A stretch of 64,000 bases of DNA from a virus. Below, in pieces: positions 16,252 to 24,939 of the stretch (position 1 is the stretch's first letter; every line of letters begins with the position of its first letter). The DNA is taken from the IMG/VR virus record IMGVR_UViG_3300025121_000045, positions 8,825 to 72,824 of that record; one strand, written 5' to 3'. Position numbers and translations under genes: made by a program. The notes under the pieces were generated by a model. It did no database searches and was not told the DNA's origin. It was given only the letters and a program-made list of their open reading frames with translations.

Positions 16252-16467
16252 ATGATTACTCTAACAGAAAAAGATGAATATTGTCTTGAGACAGACTTAA
16301 CTACCTTAGAGGGGAAAACAGAACTTCTGAATTTCCTTCAAAACTCTTCTTTCCCTGAAAAATTGACCTTGATTGTGAATAACGAGAATTTTTATACCTT
16401 CGGAACTTCTTCAGAAAGGTTCCAATTTTCTCTTGGGTTCATATTGCTTTGGAAAATTATTGCCTAA
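16252..16467 (+). CDS. hypothetical protein
   Basis: 71-aa ORF. Confidence 0.5.
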   Translation: MITLTEKDEYCLETDLTTLEGKTELLNFLQNSSFPEKLTLIVNNENFYTFGTSSERFQFSLGFILLWKIIA

Positions 16468-16532
16468 CGTCTCCCTGACTATTATTTTGTGACTATCGTT
16501 TTCCATAGATAATAAAACTACAGGAGACTTTT

Positions 16533-16901
16533 ATGAAGCAGCTCACCCTTGGACAACTGATCACTATCCTTTCTAACCTTCCTCAAGGTGCTTTAACTAA
16601 TTGCAATGGTGGATTTTTCTCGTATCGTGGGCGATATGATGAATGTGCCATGGAACCTTCATCATATGAGAATCCACCTAGGTATGCTACCGTTGGGGAG
16701 CTTCTAAAAGAGGCTAAAGAAGCGATGACGAGTAGAGCTTTCTGGGGTTGGAAAAATTCGGAAGAACCTTATTATTTTGACACAGAAACTCCAATGTGGA
16801 TTGGAAACGATTACGAATACCCAGGGCTTGCGTTGACAGAGTTTAAAGAAATAGACGGGGTGTATAAAGCAGTAGGGGTCCTTGAAGAAGATCTGAAGTG
16901 A
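16533..16901 (+). CDS. phage hypothetical protein
   Basis: AGGAG RBS; TLGQLI..SYRGRY motif. Confidence 0.65.
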   Translation: MKQLTLGQLITILSNLPQGALTNCNGGFFSYRGRYDECAMEPSSYENPPRYATVGELLKEAKEAMTSRAFWGWKNSEEPYYFDTETPMWIGNDYEYPGLALTEFKEIDGVYKAVGVLEEDLK

Positions 16902-16942
16902 TACTGGTTATGTGTTGTCAAAAACTACGAGGCGTTTGAATC

Positions 16943-17416
16943 ATGCAAGATGACTTAGACTTTATTGACCTTGTTCGAGGCATATATTCTAAAATAGACT
17001 CAAAGCGTATTGTAATACTATACCATGATAAAGAACTTAGCTATGCGTCTTTATTGGATGTGCATCTAGCGCCATTTAAACGCTTATGCGGAATGTACTC
17101 AGAAAAGATATTTGTATCCATGCTTACACCAGAAGTAGAAGAATATATATTAAACAGTAGCGTGATACTTATCCTATTTGAAACTAGATTGACCTCTTCC
17201 ATATCTCAAAATCTTTTGATGAGGCTAAATAAATCTGTCAAACCGAATCAAATTATATTACCTATTTTATTAAGATCAAATCATCTTATAGAAACCACAC
17301 CTTTTGCAAACACTAAAACATGTCCTTCTAAGCCTGTAGAAAAATGGCGAAGTAAAGACGAAGCTTTTGTAGAAATTGTAAGGACAGTTAGGTATTTAAC
17401 AGAATCTCGAACTTGA
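16943..17416 (+). CDS. degenerate TIR-domain protein
   Basis: IVILYHDKE..LDVHLAPFKR, LNSSVILIL, ILPILLR..TPFA..P..PVEKWRSKDEAFVEIV follow the bacterial TIR pattern; the catalytic-Glu helix is not conserved. Confidence 0.7.
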   Translation: MQDDLDFIDLVRGIYSKIDSKRIVILYHDKELSYASLLDVHLAPFKRLCGMYSEKIFVSMLTPEVEEYILNSSVILILFETRLTSSISQNLLMRLNKSVKPNQIILPILLRSNHLIETTPFANTKTCPSKPVEKWRSKDEAFVEIVRTVRYLTESRT

Positions 17417-17468
17417 CTACATGCCCGTATTGTATGTTTCATAGTAAACATCCATATAAGGATCTATC

Positions 17469-18608
17469 ATGGAATTTTTCACATCTAGAGAAAATGCAGC
17501 TTGGGTTAAAAAGCTTCAAGAAGCAGACATAGCTCAACCAGGGGATACTTGGAATACTAATTGGAATAGAAAGTCTGCGATTCAAGCTCAATGGAGAGCA
17601 GAAAAACTTAAAAGAATGTCTCAGTATCCTACTTACATTGTCCGGTATTTCGTAGTAGAGGTAGGGGAAGCTTTAACAGGTAACCGTAAAGTAATTTATG
17701 ATGAAGACATTTGGGAAGACATACATACATCACTCTCAGAAGATGCAGACCCTGACCTAATAATGTTGTTTAGACAAAATACAGATAAGAGTGAGGTAGG
17801 GTGCGGATTTCAAGATAGGTATGAAGCAGTAAACACCCCTCAAGTAAGATGGACCGTACATACGTTATTATCAAGCCTTGCCGTGATACCAAGGTCATGG
17901 GGACGTAGTGCTACTCTTAGGTTTTGGAGGGGGATAGGTAAACAAGCTAAGTTTGGGACAAAATACCCTGGCTTTGGAGTATTGTCTGCCGACAACGGCT
18001 GGACTACTAGAGAAGCGGACGCTATATCCTATGTCTTTTGCAAAGGGGACGTAGGTTCTCTTCTAATGGAAGATTGTTCGGATGATCAAGTCGATGCCGT
18101 TAACCGAGATGAAGATGTAGAATATGGGGTAGAATTCGTAGCTACCCGTAAAGAGCGAGACGATGCTTTCATCAAAATGCTTTTAGGTCTTCTTGAAAAA
18201 GAAGGTTTAGACGCACCAGCACCACCTCCCAAGAAAGAAGTGAAAGAGTACGTCAAAAAGACTTTGACGGTTGGTCAAGTTATAGAACAGAAACATCTTA
18301 AAGATTTGTCTGAAGGTGATCTTTTAAGATGGACTGTGTTAGATAGGTATTCCAAAAAAGGGCATCTCGTTTATAGAGTATATGAGTTAATGTTTGTAAG
18401 TCGTAGTACAGGTAAGATTCAATATAGACCTATATGTAAAAATAAAGCTTTTGCTATACTAGAAGGTTCTTCTTCTAGATTATACGGCTATATAGGTGGA
18501 GGAAAAGAAGGAAAAGCGGAGTATCTTGGAAAGTTTTCAGGAGATATAGTAGACGTAGAAGTTAAATGGGAACCAGTAACAACACGTTCGGAGAAGATTA
18601 ATGAGTGA
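17469..18608 (+). CDS. hypothetical protein
   Basis: 379-aa ORF, AAGGA RBS. Confidence 0.75.
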   Translation: MEFFTSRENAAWVKKLQEADIAQPGDTWNTNWNRKSAIQAQWRAEKLKRMSQYPTYIVRYFVVEVGEALTGNRKVIYDEDIWEDIHTSLSEDADPDLIMLFRQNTDKSEVGCGFQDRYEAVNTPQVRWTVHTLLSSLAVIPRSWGRSATLRFWRGIGKQAKFGTKYPGFGVLSADNGWTTREADAISYVFCKGDVGSLLMEDCSDDQVDAVNRDEDVEYGVEFVATRKERDDAFIKMLLGLLEKEGLDAPAPPPKKEVKEYVKKTLTVGQVIEQKHLKDLSEGDLLRWTVLDRYSKKGHLVYRVYELMFVSRSTGKIQYRPICKNKAFAILEGSSSRLYGYIGGGKEGKAEYLGKFSGDIVDVEVKWEPVTTRSEKINE

Positions 18609-18783
18609 CACAATAGAAAAAGTAGAAACCTGTACACATAAGCATCATGGAATTCATTCTATGATGCCTTTTAATTGGAAATCTAAGATATATTGTACAG
18701 CTATAGCTATTCCAGGATTAGGATTCATCCTTCATTGGACAATACATATCTTATCAAATTTGTTTGGTTTGCCTTGTCCTTAA
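18601..18783 (+). CDS. small membrane protein
   Basis: His-rich N-terminus, one hydrophobic segment. Confidence 0.5.
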   Translation: MSDTIEKVETCTHKHHGIHSMMPFNWKSKIYCTAIAIPGLGFILHWTIHILSNLFGLPCP

Positions 18784-18875
18784 ACTTACTTGAAATAAGT
18801 GGTTAAGTATGAGAAAAAGGCAGTATTAATAGTATTTCTATTTGTTCTATGGGCTTAGAACACTTCCTTAAAAGT

Positions 18876-19112
18876 CTAATTCAATATTTCTCTTAGATCT
18901 ACATACCCTCCGGTAGGTGGCTCCAAATCTAATTCTGAAAATCTTCTAGAGAATACAGCAAAAATTTTATGGATGTGGTCAGCTTTATACCCCTCTGACT
19001 CTAATTGTCTAACAAAATTAATGGTATTCATAGACCTAGATTTATTCCATAGATCCTCTGGGGTCAATTCTCTAACGTATAAGTCCCATTCTTGTAATGT
19101 GATTGGTTTCAT
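18876..19112 (-). CDS. hypothetical protein
   Basis: GAGGA RBS on the minus strand. Confidence 0.6.
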   Translation of the reverse strand: MKPITLQEWDLYVRELTPEDLWNKSRSMNTINFVRQLESEGYKADHIHKIFAVFSRRFSELDLEPPTGGYVDLREILN

Positions 19113-19122
19113 TTATATTTCC

Positions 19123-19395
19123 TCAAAAAAGATCAGGTGATTGGTACTCTGAAAAACTCCATTGAGCTAACTTTATTTTAGTTTTAATTTCTTTCAAATC
19201 TTTTCCAAGCATTTCAAAACTTTTTCTTTCTAAGTCTCCATAATCTCTGTAACCTGACCTATTAATAGCATCAAAACGTTTTTCATATTCTTCTAATTTG
19301 TCAGACGTGTCTCTCAAAGCCAAAAAAACCTCGAAAGATAAATCATAGCCTGGAGACCTTTTACCATTTGTTGTAAAACCATCCTTATAAATCAT
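19123..19395 (-). CDS. hypothetical protein
   Basis: ATGA overlap with the SNF2 gene. Confidence 0.6.
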   Translation of the reverse strand: MIYKDGFTTNGKRSPGYDLSFEVFLALRDTSDKLEEYEKRFDAINRSGYRDYGDLERKSFEMLGKDLKEIKTKIKLAQWSFSEYQSPDLF

Positions 19396-22300
19396 GCAGC
19401 TTCCTCATATTCTGTTTCTCCTATCCGACATGGATTAGGACTCATAGTTAATTCCATAAGTTTTCTATTCAAACCTGTATAATAGGAAGACACCCAAGTC
19501 ATTTCTCTAATCTCTTTTCCAAGAGCCTCTGTTTGGCTCTCTATTACAACAGAGTCAAACAGATCCTCTTCAAGCTCCTGCATCCATCTTCTAATCTCGT
19601 CTAAGGTGGCATCTGTTTGATCTTCTACTTCATTATAAACGGCGTCTAAAGTATATTCTTTAACACTTTGAGACTGGCCTTGTCTCCAACATCTACCGGT
19701 ACGTTGTTTCATTACCTCAGCGTTCCAAGTATCTCTATCAAGATTTATAGTAGTATCAAATGCTTGAAGATTTTGGCCTACCGCATAGGTAGCCGTTAAG
19801 ATACATGCTATAACGTTTGGATCCGGACATATGATTCTCGATAGCACATATGTCTTCCATTCTTCAGCGGGATAAGTTTTGCCATCAAGATCAGTGTACT
19901 CTTTAGGTCTATAAGTTTTGTACGCTTTACCATTTTGGTACAATACGATCTCTGTAGGGTAGCAGACTGCTATAATTTTCATAGAGAAACGTTGTGACAG
20001 CCTTGGAGCAACATGTCCCGCAAAGCTAGGCGTATCAGTGTGCAATAAAGATCTCGATCCTTTGTCAACCTGTTCATCAATTATGTTGATGCATTCTTGG
20101 ACCTTTGGGTTAACTATAGGACCTTGACTTCTTTCCTCCGGAGTCAGACTCGATTCAATAGTCTCTGGAGTATTAGCTAAATCATTCAAGGTTTTCAACA
20201 CAGCCGCAAAGCGTATCCTGAAAGCTTCTAAATCATTTCTCTTAGCTTGTGGATCGTCCCATGCCCTATCTCTATATTTAATGACTAATGCTTTGAGGAC
20301 ATCACTTATCTTTTGTGTTACTTCTCTATATCTCTTCTCTACACGAGGATCCATAGTAACTGTCTTGGTAGTAGACTTTAGATCCGGAAGAGCTACTTCT
20401 TCTACATCTCTCTTGTCTGCATAGAATAAATTCCTCTTAACCCATACTCTAAACTCTCTTAGTATGATAGGATCGTTTTTGATGCCTACTACACGTCCAC
20501 CAACTATCTCACAGAATCTACTCTTAAACTCTTGTAAAGATTTTCTGCCTTGTGGAGTATTAAGGTTTACATTATTGGATACGGCAGCTAAAGTGAATAC
20601 TTCTACAGGGTTTCTTGTCATAGGCGAAGCTGTTAGAAGTATTTTTCTAGAATGTTTCAAACTCATGGCTGCTTGAGTTACTCCTGAGTCAACATTCTTG
20701 AATTTTTGAGCTTCATCAAAGAAAATAGCTACGTAATCTTCTCCATATTTAGGATCTCTATCTCTATATTGAGTAAACTTACGATAAGTAATGATGTCTG
20801 TTACTTTCAACACTTCAGACGGGTCTTCGCAAAACTTATGTATTTCTTTGGGTAAATTACCTATTAAGGATGTGTCACATACGAATAGGAAACGTCCATT
20901 ATTATCAGGTTCCGAATCTATTCCATCTCTCTTTAATTTCTTTATCATTGCTATAGCAGAAAGAGTTTTCCCTATTCCCACGTCTAAAGCACAGACTCCA
21001 TTATTGCCTCTGGATTCCATCCATGCCAAAGCTTGTTTTTGTTTTATTAGGAGTGTTACTCCTGGTCTAAACCCTCCAATGGCATCCGTTGTGTAATTCT
21101 TTAAGTTTTCCTTTTCGGTAGCTAGGTCAAACTCAGCCAGTTTCAAGAAATATTCTCGAATCTTATCTATAGCTGCCTTGGACATGGAAAAACTTCCTAA
21201 AGCTTGTCTAACAGCCGCAAAGTCTTTTGGGTCAAATCTAAAGCTAGAGCTACGACTATTAGAAACCTTTTCTACGGTACTTATTTGACCCGCTAAATTA
21301 CTCAAGGCTTGACGGAATAGAGTATATTTTTGAGTAGAAGGAATCTTGATATATAATTTTCCATTCTGGTCTAGAGTGACATAAGGCTCTCTATTCACTC
21401 GGACATTTGGATTTCCGTCTTGACTTTTTATTTCTATTTTTGTAGTGAGCTGCGTATCAGGATCAAAATTGAATGCAACACCTTCTATTTGTCTACCCGC
21501 GTCATTAACCAAGTCATCAACAACAAAACCTTTGAATCTGCCCTCAGAAACAACACGTTCTCCATTTATTTCTATAGTAGGATAGATACGTGTTATACCA
21601 TGTTGTTTAGCTTTGTCATCTGTTATAGCTACGTAGAGAGGTGTTTGACCTTGAGATTTTTCCGTTACGTCAGATTCTGAATATCTTCTTATTTCATTAA
21701 GATCAGTAGGGAAAATTCGTAAAGACTTTTTCTCTGCTTGTTGTTTTTCTTTCAAGTAAGAAGTAAAAGATTCATTGTCTTGAGATGTTACCATACCTGT
21801 GTTCTTATCACGGTAATAGATTATTTTGTCACCAGTCTCTGTAGTAGCAGACCAAAATAATTGTCCAAATCTTTTGGTTCTAACCGGCTCATACCCGTCA
21901 GATTTTATTTTGGATTGAATTTTTCTTTCTTCTTCCTGTAAAATCTCTTTTTGTTGGACTATTGTTTCATAGGCGGAAGGATCATCTCGTTTTAACCGCA
22001 ATAAACTTTCTTCTTGATCCGTAACACTTCTAAAGAATTTCCAACTTCCTATACCTCTTTCCATACCTTTTAAGAATACGTCTTTTTCAGCGGCTACTAA
22101 TTCTATCAAATTACCATACAAAACCGCAATATCAACATAATTAGCTCTAGAAACATGTTCATTATCTACTCTTCTTAAGAGTAGAAGTAGATCCGCAGAT
22201 ATAGCTTTGAACTTATTCTTAGCATTTTCAGAAGTTAGTCCAGTATATATAATTCTACGCAAATTTCTAAACGCGTCTTCAAAACTATAACCTGGACTAA

Positions 22301-22475
22301 AAGTCTCATCTGACCATTTAGATTTCAAATGTTCATACATCGTAAAAAAGGGAAGTCTTCTAGGTCCTTGAGAGGACCTAAGTTTAGACCAAACTGTTTC
22401 CGAAAATTGAGAAAACAGTGACACAAGGACACCATTTGTATTGTCTTTAATTCTTGCGGCAGATATATACGGCAT
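19392..22475 (-). CDS. SNF2-family (SF2) helicase/ATPase with a long N-terminal extension
   Basis: QKQALAWM, ALDVGIGKT, FFDEAQKFKN, LLTASP, GQNLQ, QRTGRCWRQGQ. Confidence 0.88.
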   Translation of the reverse strand: MPYISAARIKDNTNGVLVSLFSQFSETVWSKLRSSQGPRRLPFFTMYEHLKSKWSDETFSPGYSFEDAFRNLRRIIYTGLTSENAKNKFKAISADLLLLLRRVDNEHVSRANYVDIAVLYGNLIELVAAEKDVFLKGMERGIGSWKFFRSVTDQEESLLRLKRDDPSAYETIVQQKEILQEEERKIQSKIKSDGYEPVRTKRFGQLFWSATTETGDKIIYYRDKNTGMVTSQDNESFTSYLKEKQQAEKKSLRIFPTDLNEIRRYSESDVTEKSQGQTPLYVAITDDKAKQHGITRIYPTIEINGERVVSEGRFKGFVVDDLVNDAGRQIEGVAFNFDPDTQLTTKIEIKSQDGNPNVRVNREPYVTLDQNGKLYIKIPSTQKYTLFRQALSNLAGQISTVEKVSNSRSSSFRFDPKDFAAVRQALGSFSMSKAAIDKIREYFLKLAEFDLATEKENLKNYTTDAIGGFRPGVTLLIKQKQALAWMESRGNNGVCALDVGIGKTLSAIAMIKKLKRDGIDSEPDNNGRFLFVCDTSLIGNLPKEIHKFCEDPSEVLKVTDIITYRKFTQYRDRDPKYGEDYVAIFFDEAQKFKNVDSGVTQAAMSLKHSRKILLTASPMTRNPVEVFTLAAVSNNVNLNTPQGRKSLQEFKSRFCEIVGGRVVGIKNDPIILREFRVWVKRNLFYADKRDVEEVALPDLKSTTKTVTMDPRVEKRYREVTQKISDVLKALVIKYRDRAWDDPQAKRNDLEAFRIRFAAVLKTLNDLANTPETIESSLTPEERSQGPIVNPKVQECINIIDEQVDKGSRSLLHTDTPSFAGHVAPRLSQRFSMKIIAVCYPTEIVLYQNGKAYKTYRPKEYTDLDGKTYPAEEWKTYVLSRIICPDPNVIACILTATYAVGQNLQAFDTTINLDRDTWNAEVMKQRTGRCWRQGQSQSVKEYTLDAVYNEVEDQTDATLDEIRRWMQELEEDLFDSVVIESQTEALGKEIREMTWVSSYYTGLNRKLMELTMSPNPCRIGETEYEEAA

Positions 22476-22699
22476 GTTATTACTCCTGATTTTCTTATCA
22501 CAATCACAAAAAGAATATGTTTACGATAGGGAGTTTTGTATTTACCCGAATAGCCCTAAACGAATGTTTATCTTGATGCAAAATTTTTAGACAAAATGTA
22601 TTTTTTATCTGACTTTCTGAATTGTGGGTCCGTTGGGTTTATAACAACGGGCAAAAAGGTAAGCCCATCAAAACCAACTAATAGAAAAGGGTACTGTAA

Positions 22700-23440
22700 A
22701 TGAATGCTAATGCATCTTCTGACGTTCGTAATGCCATCACGAGTTTTGTTGCAGCCAATACGACCTTCACCAGCGGCCATGTGACCGCAGCGGTTCGTAA
22801 TGCCGGGACCGAGGCTGGCACCCTGAGCCACAGCGACATCGGAACGGAGGTTCGGGGGTTTTGGAACAACGAGAGCACCACACTGTTTCCGAACTATAGC
22901 CGCACCCTCGTGTATGCAGGAGGAGACCAGGTTTATGCGTACCACCCGGTTTCGGATGACCCGAACAGCGTGGACTTGTCGGTACGTCCTTGGCCGCGAC
23001 GGGTAGACCGTAGCAATTTCTCGGGAAACACGACCACTACGGCTCCGGCTTCAGCCCCTCGGCGCACCGTGACCCGTACCGCACCTGCACCCGCAACAGT
23101 GCTTGCGGCATCTGATCTCTACAACGGCGGGAAGGATGCCAGTGACGGCGACACCTTCAAGGTGCCGTATAACGCAGACGGTTATGCGCAGATCCCACGC
23201 CCGGTTACCCGCCTCCTCGGCTTCGATCCGGGTGCCGGAGTTGTGTTGGAGGGTACGGCCCTCAGCAATACCGTTACCCTTCGGGCGGCTCGTAACGGCG
23301 AGACCCCGGTTGCGCGCCTCCAGCCCGCAAACGGCCAGCTTCGGCTCCGTGACCGTGATCTTATGACCTACGGGGTTGGAAACGGTAACGACCTCGTGGT
23401 GACCGTGAATGCCTTGGAAAATACCCTGACCTTGACCTGA
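22700..23440 (+). CDS. GC-rich gene; putative DNA-binding protein with a C-terminal AbrB/MraZ-like swapped-hairpin region
   Basis: KVPYNADGYAQIPRPVTRLLGFDPG..V and ARLQPANGQLRLRDRDL..GVGNG..V repeats; Thr/Ala/Pro linker. Confidence 0.6.
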   Translation: MNANASSDVRNAITSFVAANTTFTSGHVTAAVRNAGTEAGTLSHSDIGTEVRGFWNNESTTLFPNYSRTLVYAGGDQVYAYHPVSDDPNSVDLSVRPWPRRVDRSNFSGNTTTTAPASAPRRTVTRTAPAPATVLAASDLYNGGKDASDGDTFKVPYNADGYAQIPRPVTRLLGFDPGAGVVLEGTALSNTVTLRAARNGETPVARLQPANGQLRLRDRDLMTYGVGNGNDLVVTVNALENTLTLT

Positions 23441-23470
23441 TTATAGGGACCGAGGGCAATTAAACCGAAG

Positions 23471-23510
23471 GGTACAGCCCTCTTGTAATAAGAGGGCTGT
23501 ACCTGTTCTT
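23471..23510 (+). terminator. intrinsic terminator
   Basis: GGTACAGCCCTCTT-GTAAT-AAGAGGGCTGTACC followed by TGTTCTT. Confidence 0.75.
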
Positions 23511-23522
23511 GGGAGTGATGTT

Positions 23523-24674
23523 TTGAGTAAGTCTAAAATTAAACCAATGGTAATTTTAAGATCGGCTACTACGCCAGATCTTTCTAAAAAAGAAACTCCA
23601 CCTGACCTTCGGGGAGAAGGTCATAGATATTTTACAAAATCCTATGGGCCTAGTTCATACCCAAGAGACCCTGTATTGGATAAGTTCCTTGGATGTATCC
23701 TTTGGGGTGCTTATGGAGATGCAGCAGGCATGCCTTTTGAAACAATAGCCCCGTTGGATATTTATAATCGAAATGGTAAAGCATGGGTGACCGGCCTTAC
23801 CGCACCTAAGAACAGTTTTGCATCTTTTTTGAAACTTGGTGGCTGGACTGACGATACACAGCTTACCATTGCTCTAATGGAAGCTTTTGTCGAGACTGGA
23901 TCATGGGATATGAATGTTATAGCTAAACATCATGTTCGTTCCTTGGGTATCGGTGCTCGAGGATGGGGAGGATCCACACGTGAGAGCGTGATGAGACTTA
24001 GAAGTGGAGTGCCTTGGAACAAGAGCGGTAAACCTGGTGGATCGGGTAATGGCATCCCAATGAAGATTGGAAGTGCTGGTCTTTATTTTGGTATGGTGTA
24101 CTCAGATGAAATCAAGGCTGGGACATTCAAACTGAGCAGTCTCGCGAATATTGTTAAGAATATATCCATTATGACCCACAGAGATAGTAGGGCTGTAACA
24201 GCAGGTATCTTTCAGTCTATACTCATTGCTCTTGCAATGAACGATGTTGATCCCATGAGTAAATGGGATCAGATTATGGATTATACTATAAAGGTTGAGA
24301 AACAACTTCCAGATATGGGGGAAACTTTATCGAGCCGACTTGAATTTATACCTGATAATCTACATCGAGATGTCGAATATTTCGCACATCTGTACCGGAC
24401 AGGATGTTATGTTATTGAGAGCTACCCGTTCTCTGTAGCATGTTATCTTAAATACCGAAAGAATGCACATGAAGGTGTGCTTGCTGCCGTAAACGCGGGA
24501 GGTGATTGTGACACCACTGCCGCTATTGTAGGCAACCTTTGTGGGGCTGAGGCCGGGATAGGAGATGACGCTATGGAACTGGTAAAAGACGTTGAACAAT
24601 ACCATAACATAGTAGGACTAGTTAATGCATTCTACAACTCAATCCGCAACGGAATGCAGCTTCAAACCCCTTGA
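23523..24674 (+). CDS. ADP-ribosylglycohydrolase (ARH/DraG family)
   Basis: GAYGDAAGMPFE, WTDDTQLT, GNGIPMK, MTH, GGDCDTTAAIVG. Confidence 0.92.
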   Translation: MSKSKIKPMVILRSATTPDLSKKETPPDLRGEGHRYFTKSYGPSSYPRDPVLDKFLGCILWGAYGDAAGMPFETIAPLDIYNRNGKAWVTGLTAPKNSFASFLKLGGWTDDTQLTIALMEAFVETGSWDMNVIAKHHVRSLGIGARGWGGSTRESVMRLRSGVPWNKSGKPGGSGNGIPMKIGSAGLYFGMVYSDEIKAGTFKLSSLANIVKNISIMTHRDSRAVTAGIFQSILIALAMNDVDPMSKWDQIMDYTIKVEKQLPDMGETLSSRLEFIPDNLHRDVEYFAHLYRTGCYVIESYPFSVACYLKYRKNAHEGVLAAVNAGGDCDTTAAIVGNLCGAEAGIGDDAMELVKDVEQYHNIVGLVNAFYNSIRNGMQLQTP

Positions 24675-24939
24675 AAGCTGCAACGGCAGACAACTTCGCT
24701 CGTACTTCAAAAATACCCCTCAAGAATTAAATATCTGTAGACAATGTCGAACAAAATATGGAGTTATATTCTCTGCAGATGCCGCAGCAGATGGAGCGGA
24801 TGTAGAAAATATGTTTCGGGATATAATGGCTAAACTAGCCACCGCTAAAAGAACTTAAGATAAATGTAAACTCCTTTCTAACAGACTTTACAACATCCAT
24901 GTTAGAAGTAGTCAATATATACAGAAAAGGGGACAAAGC

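Noticed and set aside
20464-21680. Plus-strand ORFs inside the SNF2 gene, and the many short antisense ORFs inside nrdJ, recD2, recA, ligA and others
   Set aside because: Shadow frames of well-supported genes, with no motifs or RBS
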